This document shows, in pieces, positions 26,816 through 37,349 of a DNA stretch of 64,000 nucleotides. This DNA is from an uncultured Acetatifactor sp. (GTDB lineage: Bacteria > Bacillota > Clostridia > Lachnospirales > Lachnospiraceae): contig CAJTSY010000007.1 in the NCBI GenBank assembly GCA_910578995.1, forward strand, positions 7,194 through 71,193, read 5' to 3'. The notes beneath the pieces are model-generated. The model had not been told where the DNA came from. It saw only the letters and a list, made by a program, of their open reading frames with translations, and did no database searches. Within the stretch, counting starts at the first letter, position 1, and each line of letters starts with the position of its first letter. The translations under genes and the position numbers were made by a program.

Positions 26816-27136
26816 ATGGAATATAAATTCACGGCGGACAATTTTGAGACGGAGGTACTGAACTCCTCCATTCCCGTACTGGTGGACTTTTATGCGGACT
26901 GGTGCAATCCCTGCAGGATGATGGGGCCGGTGGTGGCCAGGGTCGCCCAGGAGTACGAGGGTAAGATGAAGGTGGGAAAATGCAACATCGACGAGAATAT
27001 GGAAGTGGCAAAGAAGTATCATGTTTCCAGCATCCCCGCATTTGTGATCTTCAGGGACGGAAAACCTGCGGCGGATTTTGTGGGCTCCATGCCCGCGGCG
27101 GAGCTGAAGGAAAAGGTGGAGCAGGCACTTGGATAA
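26816..27136 (+). CDS. trxA: Thioredoxin (active site WCNPC)
   Basis: VLVDFYADWCNPCRMMGPVV...IPAFVIFRDGK. Confidence 0.9.
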   Translation: MEYKFTADNFETEVLNSSIPVLVDFYADWCNPCRMMGPVVARVAQEYEGKMKVGKCNIDENMEVAKKYHVSSIPAFVIFRDGKPAADFVGSMPAAELKEKVEQALG

Positions 27137-27137
27137 G

Positions 27138-28013
27138 ATGAAAAGAGAACATTTTTTATATGAAGTGAAAAGGACGCTGATCTGTGTGGCGGCGGCATTT
27201 GTGTATGCCACTGGTGTCAATCTGTTTATCGTGCCGGCAGGGCTGTACTCGGGCGGCGTAATGGGTTTTTCCCAGGTGATCCGTACCCTGCTGACACGTT
27301 TCGGGGGGTTGGACTTTGGCGGTTTTGACGTGGCAGGTCTGATTTATTACATGATCAACATTCCCCTCTTCATTATTGCCTTTACCCGGCTGGGGAAGAC
27401 TTTCTTCTTCAAAACCCTGGTCACTGTCACCGCCATGACCACCTTCCTGTCGGTTGTTCCGGTAACGATGATCGTGGAGGACAGAATGGCGGCCTGTGTG
27501 GTGGGCGGCATCATTTCAGGCAGCGGCATCGGCGTCATGCTGCGGATGGCGTCCTGCAGCGGAGGCATGGATGTGGTAGGTCTCATTCTGGCCAAGTGGA
27601 AGAAGGATTTCAGCGTGGGAAAGGCCGGCCTTATGCTCAACCTGGTGCTGTACGGGATATGCTTTTTCCTGTTCGATGTGGAGATCGTGGTTTACTGTAT
27701 CATATATGCGGCGGTGTATTCCACGGCCATGGACCGGGTGCATACCCAGAATATCAATGTGGAGGCCAATATCATTACCAAGGCGGATACGGCTGAACTG
27801 GAGAAAGCTGTGTTCGACGAGATTTACAGGGGCATGACAAAGTGGTCCACCCAGGGGGCATATACCCACCAGCAGTCCCACATGCTTTATGTCACTCTGT
27901 CAAAATATGAGGTGGGCCGTCTGAAGGCGGTGGTACATAAGTATGATCCCCACGCGTTTATCGTGATCAATGAGGGGGTCAGTGTGGACGGTAATTTCCT
28001 GAAGAAACTGTAG
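27138..28013 (+). CDS. YitT-family membrane protein (DUF2179 C-terminal domain)
   Basis: Multi-TM N-terminal region with GLYSGGVMGFSQV. C-terminal YTHQQSHMLYVTLSKYEVGRLKAVVHKYDPHAFIVINE. An alternative TTG start at 27129 overlaps trxA. Confidence 0.8.
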   Translation: MKREHFLYEVKRTLICVAAAFVYATGVNLFIVPAGLYSGGVMGFSQVIRTLLTRFGGLDFGGFDVAGLIYYMINIPLFIIAFTRLGKTFFFKTLVTVTAMTTFLSVVPVTMIVEDRMAACVVGGIISGSGIGVMLRMASCSGGMDVVGLILAKWKKDFSVGKAGLMLNLVLYGICFFLFDVEIVVYCIIYAAVYSTAMDRVHTQNINVEANIITKADTAELEKAVFDEIYRGMTKWSTQGAYTHQQSHMLYVTLSKYEVGRLKAVVHKYDPHAFIVINEGVSVDGNFLKKL

Positions 28014-28052
28014 AAAATAGTACGGGCCTGCGCAGCAGGCCCGTACTATTTT
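28014..28052. terminator. Perfect bidirectional terminator between the yitT-like and DUF1846 genes
   Basis: aaaatagtacgggcctg cgcag caggcccgtactatttt: a 17-bp stem with A/T runs on both sides. Confidence 0.85.
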
Positions 28053-29527
28053 CAATATTTTTTCCGATTGGTCTGAATGGGTTCGCAGGTCAGGTCCACC
28101 CCCAGCCGCTTGAATATCTTGGTATCCACCTCGGAGAGCATTACGGAGGTGTGAACCTGGCAGCCTTTCAGTTTGGGCAGCTGTTCCAGGGACTGCCTGG
28201 CATTGCTGTCACTGCAGGCCGCCAGGGTGAGGGCGATGAGCACCTCGTCGGTGTGGAGGCGGGGATTGCGCCCTCCCAGGTAACGGACCTTCAGATCCTG
28301 GATGGGCTCGATGGCTTCCGGTTTGATCAGTTTAATGTTGTGGTCTACGCCGGCCAGGTATTTCAGGGCGTTCAGCAGCAGCGCCGCGGAGGCCCCCAGA
28401 AAGTCCGAGGTCTTGGAGGTGATGATATGGCCGTCCGGCAGCTCGATGGCGGCTGTGGGAACCCCCAGTTCCTCCGCCAGGCTTCTGGCCACGGAGGTGA
28501 CCTTCCTGTCGGCGGTGGTGATCTTGGCCTGCTTCATCAGCAGTTCGATCTTCAGCAGTTCGTTTTCGGAGGCATCGTCCCGGACCATTCTGCCCAGCGT
28601 GGTGTAATAGCGGCGGATGATCTCCATCTTGGAGGCCTCGCAGCAGGCCTCATCGTCTATGATACAGTTTCCGGCCATGTTGACACCCATGTCAGTAGGG
28701 GATTTATAGGGATTATCCCCGTAAATACTCTCAAAGATGGCGTTCAGCACCGGGAAGATCTCGATATCCCGGTTGTAATTTACCGTGGTTTCACCGTAGG
28801 CTTCCAAATGGAAGGGATCGATCATATTGATGTCATTCAGATCCGCGGTGGCCGCCTCGTAAGCCAGGTTGATGGGGTGCTTCAGGGGGATGTTCCATAT
28901 GGGAAAGGTCTCAAATTTGGCATACCCGGCTTTCACCCCCCTCTGGCGATGGTGGTAGAGCTGTGAGAGGCAGGTTGCCATCTTGCCGCTTCCGGGCCCG
29001 GGAGCAGTGACAACGATGAGGGGACGGGTGGTCTCTATATAGTCGTTTTTGCCGTAGCCATTATCGCTGACGATGAGGGGGACGTTGGCGGGATAGCCTT
29101 CAATGGTATAGTGCAGATAGACTTTTATGTTTTTCTTCTCCAACTTGGCCTTGAACTGTTCTGCGCTGTGCTGTCCCTGGTAGTGGGTGATGACCACGCT
29201 TCCCACGTACAGGCCGCGGTTCTGGAATTCGTCCCTCAGGCGGAGCACATCCACATCGTAAGTGATGCCCAGGTCTCCGTGGATCTTGTTTTTTTCGATA
29301 TCCACCGCACTGATGACAATGACGATCTCTGCGTAGTCGGAAAGCTGCATCAGCATCTGCAGTTTGGCATCAGGGGTAAAACCGGGAAGCACCCGGGAGG
29401 CGTGGTAATCGTCAAAAAGCTTTCCGCCGAATTCCAGATACAGCTTGTCCCCGAACTGCACAATTCTCTCCTTGATATGTTCCGACTGCATTTTCAGATA
29501 CTTGTTGTTGTCAAACCCGATTTTCAT
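28052..29527 (-). CDS. DUF1846 (UPF0371) family protein
   Basis: N-terminus MKIGFDNNKYLKMQSEHIKERI...LYLEFGGKLFDDYHASRVLPGF is characteristic of UPF0371. Confidence 0.85.
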   Translation of the reverse strand: MKIGFDNNKYLKMQSEHIKERIVQFGDKLYLEFGGKLFDDYHASRVLPGFTPDAKLQMLMQLSDYAEIVIVISAVDIEKNKIHGDLGITYDVDVLRLRDEFQNRGLYVGSVVITHYQGQHSAEQFKAKLEKKNIKVYLHYTIEGYPANVPLIVSDNGYGKNDYIETTRPLIVVTAPGPGSGKMATCLSQLYHHRQRGVKAGYAKFETFPIWNIPLKHPINLAYEAATADLNDINMIDPFHLEAYGETTVNYNRDIEIFPVLNAIFESIYGDNPYKSPTDMGVNMAGNCIIDDEACCEASKMEIIRRYYTTLGRMVRDDASENELLKIELLMKQAKITTADRKVTSVARSLAEELGVPTAAIELPDGHIITSKTSDFLGASAALLLNALKYLAGVDHNIKLIKPEAIEPIQDLKVRYLGGRNPRLHTDEVLIALTLAACSDSNARQSLEQLPKLKGCQVHTSVMLSEVDTKIFKRLGVDLTCEPIQTNRKKY

Positions 29528-29648
29528 GTGCGGCCCCCATCCTTTTCGTTTGATTCATTTTTTATTTTACCATAGAATCCTCCGGATTGGAATGGTAAAA
29601 AGTTTAGAAATCTTTAAGAGTTAAATTGATTTTTTCACAATTCTGCTA

Positions 29649-29677
29649 TTGATTTATCAATTAGTAATCTCTATAAT
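29649..29677 (+). promoter_or_regulatory. Sigma-A promoter of ftsH (TTGATT-N17-TATAAT)
   Basis: Read directly in the sequence. Confidence 0.65.
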
Positions 29678-29724
29678 GACATTGGGATTGAGACAAAAAG
29701 GGAAGCGATGGAAACGGAGTTACT

Positions 29725-32124
29725 ATGGATAATCAGATGAATCAATATGATAACGGCGGCGGTTATAACAACGGTTCCGGCGGCAGTCCGGGAAATAACG
29801 GCGGCGGGGGCGGAAACCAGCCGCCCAGGCGGCCCAATATAATGATGGTGCTGCTGGCGGCGCTGAGCACGCTGCTGCTTGTCTTCATGCTCTGGAACCT
29901 GCTGTTCGGGGGCAGCGGCAATACGCAGGAGGTAAGCTATACAAAATTTCTGGAGTATGTCAATGAGGACCAGGTCGAGGCGGTGGAAGTCCAGAGCACG
30001 GGACAGGTTCTGTTCACCCTGAAAAACGAGGAGAAGGAGACGGACAGCGTCCCCACCCCCCTGCCGGGATATCCTTTTTACGGAAACACGAAGGTCACTT
30101 ATTCCACTATCATCATGGAGGACCTGGACACCCTTACGGCCCGGATGGAGGAGCATGGAATAGACGGAAGCCGGGTTCTCAGCGACAATTCGGGGCGGAT
30201 CCTGGATATTCTGCTGTATGTGGTGCTGCCCGTGCTGCTGATGTGGATCCTTCTGGGAGTAATTTTTAAGAAAATGGGCGGCTCAGGCGGCCCCCTGGGC
30301 GTGGGAAAGAGCAATGCCAAGGTGTATGTGCAGAAGGAGACAGGCGTTACTTTTAAGGATGTGGCCGGGGAGGACGAGGCCAAGGAATCCCTGGTGGAAG
30401 TGGTGGATTTCCTGCACAACCCCGGAAAGTATTCAAAGATCGGGGCCAGGCTGCCCAAGGGCGCGCTGCTTGTGGGCCCGCCCGGTACCGGCAAGACCCT
30501 GCTGGCCAAGGCTGTGGCAGGGGAGGCCCATGTTCCTTTTTTCTCCCTGACAGGTTCCGATTTTATAGAACTGTATGTGGGTGTGGGCGCCAGCCGTGTG
30601 CGCGACCTGTTTAAGGAAGCCACCAAGAACGCCCCCTGCATCATTTTCATCGATGAGATCGATGCCATCGGGCGGAGCCGTGATTCCAAGTACGGCGGAG
30701 GAAATGAGGAGCGGGAACAGACGCTGAACCAGCTGCTGTCGGAGATGGACGGTTTTGACAGTTCCAAGGGAATTCTGATCCTGGGCGCAACGAACCGGCC
30801 GGAGATCCTGGACAAGGCCCTACTGCGGCCCGGGCGTTTTGACAGGCGGATCATTGTGGATAAGCCTGACCTGAAGGGGCGCGTGGAGATTCTGAAAGTG
30901 CATGCCAAGGACGTGAAGATGGATGAGACGGTGGACCTGGATGCCATTGCCCTGGCTACTAGCGGCGCGGTGGGTTCGGACCTGGCCAACATGATTAACG
31001 AGGCTGCCATCAATGCGGTAAAGGAAGGCAGGAACTATGTCTGCCAGAAGGATTTGTTTGACGCGGTGGAAGTGGTGTTGGTGGGCAAGGAGAAAAAGGA
31101 CCGCATCATGAGTAAGGAGGAGCGCAAGATCGTCTCCTACCACGAAGTGGGGCATGCCCTTATCAGCGCCCTGCAGAAGAATTCGGAGCCGGTGCAGAAG
31201 ATTACCATAGTGCCCCGCACCATGGGGGCCCTGGGCTATGTCATGCATGTGCCGGAGGAGGAAAAGTACCTGAATACAGAGGCCGAGCTGCGGGATATGC
31301 TGGTGGGCCTGGTGGGCGGCCGGGCGGCGGAGGAAGTGGTATTTGACACCGTCACCACGGGAGCGGCCAATGATATAGAAAAAGCAACCGACATTGCGCG
31401 GAACATGGTGACGCGGTACGGCATGAGCAAGCGGTTTGGCCTGGTGGGGCTTGCCACTGTGGAGAGCCAGTACCTGGAGGGGCGTACGGCCCTGAACTGC
31501 AGCGATGCCACGGCGGCGGAGATCGACGCGGAAGTGGTGGAGATTCTGAAGGAAAGCTATGACAAGGCTCTGGGGATGCTCCGGGAGAACCGGGAGATTA
31601 TGGATAAACTGGCGGAGTTCCTGATCGAGAAGGAGACCATTACAGGCAAGGAATTCATGGCCATTTTCCGTAAGGAAAAGGGGATTCCCGAGCCGGAGGA
31701 GTCCGAAAAGACGGCGGAAGGGGAGACGGCTCCCTCCGGGGAAAAGTCCGCGGATCATGGAACGAAGGAATCGGCATCTTTCGGGGAAGCAGCTTCGGAT
31801 CAGAAAGAACCGGCATCTTCCGGAGAAACAGCTTCGGATTGGAAGGAACCGGAGTCTCCCGGGGAAGCTTCGGACCGGAAGGAACCGGAAACCGGCACCG
31901 GGGAGCCTGCCCGTGAGCCGGAGGCAGGAATGGTGCCGGAGGATCCGTCCGCAGACCGGGCGGAGGAGCCTGGCGGTTCGGCCGGTGAATCCGGGGCAGT
32001 GGCCGCACAGGAACCGGAAGAAGGGGATCCGGAGCAGAACCCGGGCGGTGAACCGGAACATCCGGAGCCTGAGGGAGAGCATGCCCGTAAAGCGGGGAGA
32101 TTTTCCAACGGCACTATAGAGTAA
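29725..32124 (+). CDS. ftsH: ATP-dependent zinc metalloprotease FtsH with a Gly/Asn-rich N-terminus and a roughly 160-aa acidic Pro/Glu-rich C-terminal tail
   Basis: Walker A GPPGTGKT. Walker B IIFIDEIDA. Zn motif HEVGHAL. Confidence 0.95.
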   Translation: MDNQMNQYDNGGGYNNGSGGSPGNNGGGGGNQPPRRPNIMMVLLAALSTLLLVFMLWNLLFGGSGNTQEVSYTKFLEYVNEDQVEAVEVQSTGQVLFTLKNEEKETDSVPTPLPGYPFYGNTKVTYSTIIMEDLDTLTARMEEHGIDGSRVLSDNSGRILDILLYVVLPVLLMWILLGVIFKKMGGSGGPLGVGKSNAKVYVQKETGVTFKDVAGEDEAKESLVEVVDFLHNPGKYSKIGARLPKGALLVGPPGTGKTLLAKAVAGEAHVPFFSLTGSDFIELYVGVGASRVRDLFKEATKNAPCIIFIDEIDAIGRSRDSKYGGGNEEREQTLNQLLSEMDGFDSSKGILILGATNRPEILDKALLRPGRFDRRIIVDKPDLKGRVEILKVHAKDVKMDETVDLDAIALATSGAVGSDLANMINEAAINAVKEGRNYVCQKDLFDAVEVVLVGKEKKDRIMSKEERKIVSYHEVGHALISALQKNSEPVQKITIVPRTMGALGYVMHVPEEEKYLNTEAELRDMLVGLVGGRAAEEVVFDTVTTGAANDIEKATDIARNMVTRYGMSKRFGLVGLATVESQYLEGRTALNCSDATAAEIDAEVVEILKESYDKALGMLRENREIMDKLAEFLIEKETITGKEFMAIFRKEKGIPEPEESEKTAEGETAPSGEKSADHGTKESASFGEAASDQKEPASSGETASDWKEPESPGEASDRKEPETGTGEPAREPEAGMVPEDPSADRAEEPGGSAGESGAVAAQEPEEGDPEQNPGGEPEHPEPEGEHARKAGRFSNGTIE

Positions 32125-32136
32125 AAAGATAGCATC

Positions 32137-32170
32137 AAGCCTTTTCCTTTTGACTGGGAGAGGCTTGTTT
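32137..32170 (+). terminator. Probable terminator hairpin after ftsH
   Basis: 11-bp stem aagccttttcc/gggagaggctt with two G-T pairs, followed by gtttgt. Confidence 0.5.
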
Positions 32171-32207
32171 GTATTCCATGAAGCGTGGCAGACGGGAGGA
32201 TGAAGGG

Positions 32208-33338
32208 ATGAGGGTCAGGAAATGTATACTGGCAGGCATCGTGACGGCGCTGGTATTGTGCGGATGCGGCCAGGAGGCAGAGGAGGATACAGAGGCAGGG
32301 AATCTGGAGGGGATGGAAGTCGCCCTGTCCTCCGTGTCAGGTGAGGACGAAACAAATATGACGAATGTGTCGGAAACGAAAAACCGCGGAGAGGCGGGAG
32401 AAGGAGATGGCATTTCGGAGGAGCAGGGACTGGAGGACAGCGGTGAATCCGGGGAGACAGGAACCGGAGGGAACCCGGGGGCGGAGGGTTCTGCGGGAGC
32501 CATAGCTAAGCCTGGGACAGAAGGAAGTGCCGGAGCAGAGAAGGAATCCGGAACAGAAGGCTCTGCGGGAACCGGGGCTGATCCCGAGACAGAAGGCTCT
32601 GCCGGGGGATCCGGCGGCACAGGGAGCCAGGACACGGAACAGAATCCCTCCGACTGTCCGGTCTGTGAGACCACGCCCGAACCTCCGGAGGCTTCCACAG
32701 GACAGAACGGATATGTGGTAGTCATCGACGCGGGACACCAGAAGAAGGGAAACAGTGCTAAGGAGCCCATAGGGCCGGGCGCCAGCGAGACGAAGGCCAA
32801 GGTGGCGGGAGGAACTTCCGGGGTTACAAGCGGACTGAAGGAATACGAACTGACCCTGATGGTGGCAGAGAAACTTGAGGAGGAACTGTCCGGCAGGGGA
32901 TATGAGGTCATCATGGTGCGGACCACCCACGATGTGGACATGAGCAACAGCGAGCGGGCCCAGGTGGCCAATGACGCGGGGGCGGATGCCTTTATCCGGG
33001 TGCATGCCAACGGTTCGGAAAACACCTCGGTGCACGGGGCCATGACCATCTGCCAGACATCTTCCAATCCCTACAATGCGGATTACTACCAGCTCAGCAG
33101 GGATCTGTCGGATTATGTTCTGGATGAACTGGTGGCGGCCACGGGCTGCAAAAAGCAGTATGTCTGGGAGACGGATACCATGAGCGGCATCAACTGGTGC
33201 CAGGTTCCCGTCACTATAGTGGAGATGGGGTACATGACCAATCCGGAAGAAGATACCCTGATGGCCACTGAGGAGTATCAGGGGAAAATAGCGGACGGAA
33301 TTGCCAACGGAATCGATAAATTCCTGGGAAACCAGTGA
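32208..33338 (+). CDS. N-acetylmuramoyl-L-alanine amidase (Amidase_3) lipoprotein with a low-complexity GTEGSAG linker
   Basis: GGGAGG RBS 8 nt before ATG 32208. Lipobox LVLCGC|G. Amidase_3 core [12 protein letters not shown]...[11 protein letters not shown]...[12 protein letters not shown]. Confidence 0.85.
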   Translation: MRVRKCILAGIVTALVLCGCGQEAEEDTEAGNLEGMEVALSSVSGEDETNMTNVSETKNRGEAGEGDGISEEQGLEDSGESGETGTGGNPGAEGSAGAIAKPGTEGSAGAEKESGTEGSAGTGADPETEGSAGGSGGTGSQDTEQNPSDCPVCETTPEPPEASTGQNGYVVVIDAGHQKKGNSAKEPIGPGASETKAKVAGGTSGVTSGLKEYELTLMVAEKLEEELSGRGYEVIMVRTTHDVDMSNSERAQVANDAGADAFIRVHANGSENTSVHGAMTICQTSSNPYNADYYQLSRDLSDYVLDELVAATGCKKQYVWETDTMSGINWCQVPVTIVEMGYMTNPEEDTLMATEEYQGKIADGIANGIDKFLGNQ

Positions 33339-33413
33339 GCGGAGGAATTTCACGGACTGACGCCCCCGGCTTATGCCCCGGAGAGGCGAAAATGACAGAC
33401 AAGGAGCAGCGCC

Positions 33414-35306
33414 ATGTTCAATTTTGAAGAGGAATTAAAAAAGCTTCCCAAAAACCCGGGAGTGTATATCATGAGGGATGACAAGGATGTCATTTTATAC
33501 GTGGGCAAGGCGATTAACCTGCACAACCGTGTCAGATCCTATTTCCGGGAAAACATCGGACGGGGACCCATGATCGATAAGATGGTGTCCCTTATTGCCC
33601 GCTTCGAATACATCGTCACGGACTCAGAACTGGAAGCGCTGGTGCTGGAGAACAACCTGATCAAGGAACATTCCCCCAAGTACAACACGCTGCTGAAGGA
33701 CGACAAGACATATCCCTACATCAAGGTAACGGTGGGGGAGGAATACCCCCGGATTCTCTTTTCAAGGGTGATGAAAAAGGATAAATCCAGGTATTTCGGT
33801 CCCTATACCAGCGCTGCGGCAGTGAAGGACACCATCGAGCTGCTGAACAAGCTTTACCGCCTGCGCACATGCAGCCGCAGCCTGCCCCGGGACATCGGCC
33901 TGGAGCGCCCCTGCCTGAACTACCATATCAAGCAGTGCGACGCACCCTGCCAGGGATATATTGACAGGGAGAAGTACCGGGAACAGGTGTCCCGTGCCCT
34001 GGAGTTTCTGGGAGGCAGTTACAATAAGATTCTGGACGAACTGGAGTCAAAGATGAAGGAGGCTGCGCAGAACCTGGATTTTGAGGCCGCGGCGGGTTAC
34101 CGGGACCTGTACAACAGTGTCAGGCAGGTGGCCCAGAAGCAGAAGATCACGGACAGCGCAGGCGAGGACAAGGACATCATTGCCCTGTACAGGGATGACA
34201 GGGAGGCTGTGGTACAGGTATTCTTTGTCCGTGACGGCAAGCTCATCGGCAGGGAACATTATTATATGACACACGTGTCGGATGAAGACAAGGGCCAGAT
34301 CCTGGAAAATTTTATAAAGCAGTTTTATGCGGGAACGCCTTTTATTCCCAGGGAACTGATGATCCAGTATGAGATCGGGGACAGGGAGCTGATTGAGAAA
34401 TGGCTTTCCGGCCGCAAAGGAGCCAGGGTTTACATAAGGGTGCCCAAGATCGGCGCAAAGGAGAAACTGGTGGAGCTGGCGGCGCAGAATGCGAAGCACA
34501 TCCTGGAACAGGACAGGGAGCGGCTGAAACGGGAGGAGGGGCGGACCATCGGCGCGGTGAAGGAGATCGCAGGGCTTCTGGGACTGGAGCGCATCGAGCG
34601 GATGGAAGCCTTCGATATCTCCAATATCAACGGGTTTGAGAACGTGGGGTCCATGATTGTATTCGAAAAAGGGAAGCCCAAGCCCAGCGACTACCGCAAG
34701 TTCCGCATCAGGACAGTGTCAGGCCCCGACGATTATGCCTGCATGAAGGAGGTGCTCACCAGGCGTTTCCGTCACGGGTTGGAGGAGGGAAGGGAGCTGG
34801 AGGAAAAGGCGCTTGACAAAACATATGGAAGCTTTACGAAATTTCCGGATCTGCTTATGATGGACGGCGGAAGGGGGCAGGTCAACATTGCCCTGTCCGT
34901 CCTCAGGGAGCTGCAGATTCACATCCCGGTGTGCGGTATGGTGAAAGACGACAGCCACAGAACACGGGGACTGTATTACAATAATGTAGAACTGCCCATA
35001 GACACCCGGTCGGAAGGATTTAAGCTGATTACCAGGGTGCAGGACGAGGCCCACCGTTTTGCCATCGAATACCACCGCTCCCTGCGCGGCAAAGCCCAGG
35101 TAAAGTCCGTTCTGGACGAGATCCCGGGGGTGGGTCCTGCCAGGCGGAAGGCGCTGATGCGGCATTTTAAATCCATTGAGGAGATAAAGACAGCGGAAGT
35201 GGAGGAACTGGCGGCGCTTCCGGAGATAAACCGCAGGGCCGCGGAAGAGATATATGGTTTCTTTCACGGGAAACAGGCATCTTCCGCCGGGGATTCCCAG
35301 GGGTGA
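33414..35306 (+). CDS. uvrC: Excinuclease ABC subunit C
   Basis: GIY-YIG N-terminus ([19 protein letters not shown]). UVR domain. C-terminal HhH. Confidence 0.95.
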   Translation: MFNFEEELKKLPKNPGVYIMRDDKDVILYVGKAINLHNRVRSYFRENIGRGPMIDKMVSLIARFEYIVTDSELEALVLENNLIKEHSPKYNTLLKDDKTYPYIKVTVGEEYPRILFSRVMKKDKSRYFGPYTSAAAVKDTIELLNKLYRLRTCSRSLPRDIGLERPCLNYHIKQCDAPCQGYIDREKYREQVSRALEFLGGSYNKILDELESKMKEAAQNLDFEAAAGYRDLYNSVRQVAQKQKITDSAGEDKDIIALYRDDREAVVQVFFVRDGKLIGREHYYMTHVSDEDKGQILENFIKQFYAGTPFIPRELMIQYEIGDRELIEKWLSGRKGARVYIRVPKIGAKEKLVELAAQNAKHILEQDRERLKREEGRTIGAVKEIAGLLGLERIERMEAFDISNINGFENVGSMIVFEKGKPKPSDYRKFRIRTVSGPDDYACMKEVLTRRFRHGLEEGRELEEKALDKTYGSFTKFPDLLMMDGGRGQVNIALSVLRELQIHIPVCGMVKDDSHRTRGLYYNNVELPIDTRSEGFKLITRVQDEAHRFAIEYHRSLRGKAQVKSVLDEIPGVGPARRKALMRHFKSIEEIKTAEVEELAALPEINRRAAEEIYGFFHGKQASSAGDSQG

Positions 35307-35390
35307 AAATCTTAATTTCCTTTGCACTTATTGCTTCACAATGTGAGGTTATTATGTTACAATAACATAAAAACAGGAGATAAGGCAAGC

Positions 35391-36335
35391 ATGGAAAGCG
35401 TGAAATTAACCCGTCTGATCGACAAGATGAAGCTGGAAAACCTGACGCCCGAGATCGATGTGAAGGATATACGCATTACGCAGCCGGATGTAAACCGTCC
35501 CGCGCTGCCGTTGGCGGGGTATTTCGAGCACTTTGATTCCACCCGGCTGCAGATCATTGGTTTTGTGGAGTACAGCTATATGGAAAACATGCCAGATGAA
35601 CGCAGGCGGGAGATCTACGACGAGTTTATGAGCTATGACGTGTCTGCGGTGGTGTTCTGCCGGGAGCTGAAACCGGATCCCATTTTCAAGCAGGCTGCCC
35701 TGACCCACAGGGTTCCCCTGCTCTCCACGAAAAAGTCCACGTCGGCTTTTATGGCGGAGGCCATCAGATGGCTTAACGTAAAGCTTGCCCCCTGCATTTC
35801 CGTCCACGGTGTGCTGGTGGATGTCTACGGGGAGGGCGTGCTGATCACCGGTGAGAGCGGGATCGGCAAGTCCGAGGCGGCACTGGAACTGATACGCCGG
35901 GGACACCGCCTGGTCACCGACGACGTGGTGGAGATCAGAAAGGTCAGCGATGACTCCCTTGTGGGTTCCGCGCCGGATATGCTGAAGCACCTGATCGAGC
36001 TGCGGGGAATCGGAGTGGTGGATGTGAAGGCCCTGTTCGGGGCGTCTGCGGTTATGGACACCCAGAACATTGACCTGGTGATCCGCCTGGAGGACTGGGA
36101 CCGGGACAAGGAATACGACAGGCTGGGCCTGGAGGAGAACTATACGGAGTATATGGGGAACAAGGTCGTCTGCTATAATATTCCCATCCGTCCGGGCAGG
36201 AATGTGGCGGTTATCTGCGAATGCGCCGCCGTCAACCACCGCCAGAAGAAGATGGGGTATAACGCGGCCCAGGAGCTTTATTCCAGGGTGCAGAATTCCT
36301 TCGGCAGGAAGCGGGAAGAGGAAGATCCGTTTTAG
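35391..36335 (+). CDS. hprK: HPr kinase/phosphorylase
   Basis: AGGAGA RBS. P-loop GESGIGKSE. LIELRGIGVVDV. Confidence 0.95.
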   Translation: MESVKLTRLIDKMKLENLTPEIDVKDIRITQPDVNRPALPLAGYFEHFDSTRLQIIGFVEYSYMENMPDERRREIYDEFMSYDVSAVVFCRELKPDPIFKQAALTHRVPLLSTKKSTSAFMAEAIRWLNVKLAPCISVHGVLVDVYGEGVLITGESGIGKSEAALELIRRGHRLVTDDVVEIRKVSDDSLVGSAPDMLKHLIELRGIGVVDVKALFGASAVMDTQNIDLVIRLEDWDRDKEYDRLGLEENYTEYMGNKVVCYNIPIRPGRNVAVICECAAVNHRQKKMGYNAAQELYSRVQNSFGRKREEEDPF

Positions 36336-36377
36336 AAAAAAATGTTTTCACAGAGAAGAGAAAGGGTTGGTGGCATT

Positions 36378-37316
36378 ATGAGCAAGTACGCATTTGGGGT
36401 TGACATCGGTGGAACAAGCGTCAAAATGGGGCTTTTTGACGTGAACGGCAATGTTCTGGACAAATGGGAGATTCCCACGGTGAAGGACAACAGGGGAGCT
36501 TCCATTCTGCCTGATGTGGCGAGGAGCCTTCAGGCCAGGCAGAAGGAAAAAGGCATCCTGGAAGAGGAGCTTACCGGCGTGGGCGTGGGCGTACCCGGAC
36601 CCATGAATGAGGAGGGTACCCTTCTGGGGGGAGCCGTGAACCTCGGATGGGGATCCTTTAACATACCCGAAGCCCTGGGCGCATATATTAAGGTACCGGT
36701 AAAAGCGGTGAACGATGCCAATGCGGCTGCCTTTGGCGAGATGTGGCAGGGAGGCGGCAAGGGATATGACAGCATGGTGGCTGTGACACTTGGCACCGGG
36801 GTAGGCGGCGGCATCGTGGTCAAGGGCAGGATCCTGGTGGGGGCCTGCGGCGCAGGGGGCGAGATCGGCCATATCCATATAGAAGACAGGGAAGAAGAAG
36901 CCTGCAACTGCGGCAATAAGGGCTGTCTGGAGCAGTACACCTCGGCTACCGGGATCGTCCGGCTGGCCAGGCGTTATCTTGCGTCCCACGATACAGCCAC
37001 CGTGCTTCAGACGGAGAGGCTGTCTGCCAAGATCGTGTTCGACGCAGTGAAGGCAGGGGACAGGGCTGCCATGGAGATTGCCGGGCAGTTCGGCGATTAC
37101 CTGGGCAAGGGCCTGGCTATGGTGTCTTCCGTGGTAAATCCGGAGATCTTCGTGATCGGGGGTGGCGTGTCTAAGGCAGGTGAAGTCCTGCTCTCCTACA
37201 TAGAGCCCAGGTTCCGGGAATATGCTTTTGGCAACTGTAAGGACACAAAGTTTGCCCTGGCAAAACTTGGAAATGATGCCGGCATCTATGGGGCGGCCGC
37301 TCTGGTGCTGCTTTGA
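36378..37316 (+). CDS. glcK: ROK-family glucokinase
   Basis: FGVDIGGTSVKMG. GEIGH...C.CG..GCLE zinc motif. Confidence 0.85.
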   Translation: MSKYAFGVDIGGTSVKMGLFDVNGNVLDKWEIPTVKDNRGASILPDVARSLQARQKEKGILEEELTGVGVGVPGPMNEEGTLLGGAVNLGWGSFNIPEALGAYIKVPVKAVNDANAAAFGEMWQGGGKGYDSMVAVTLGTGVGGGIVVKGRILVGACGAGGEIGHIHIEDREEEACNCGNKGCLEQYTSATGIVRLARRYLASHDTATVLQTERLSAKIVFDAVKAGDRAAMEIAGQFGDYLGKGLAMVSSVVNPEIFVIGGGVSKAGEVLLSYIEPRFREYAFGNCKDTKFALAKLGNDAGIYGAAALVLL

Positions 37317-37349
37317 GGGCTGAAAGAAGAAAAAAGGGAAGTCGTTTAA

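Noticed and set aside
29708-29740. 10-codon upstream ORF overlapping the ftsH start.
   Set aside because: It has no RBS of its own and is very short, so it is likely a chance frame.
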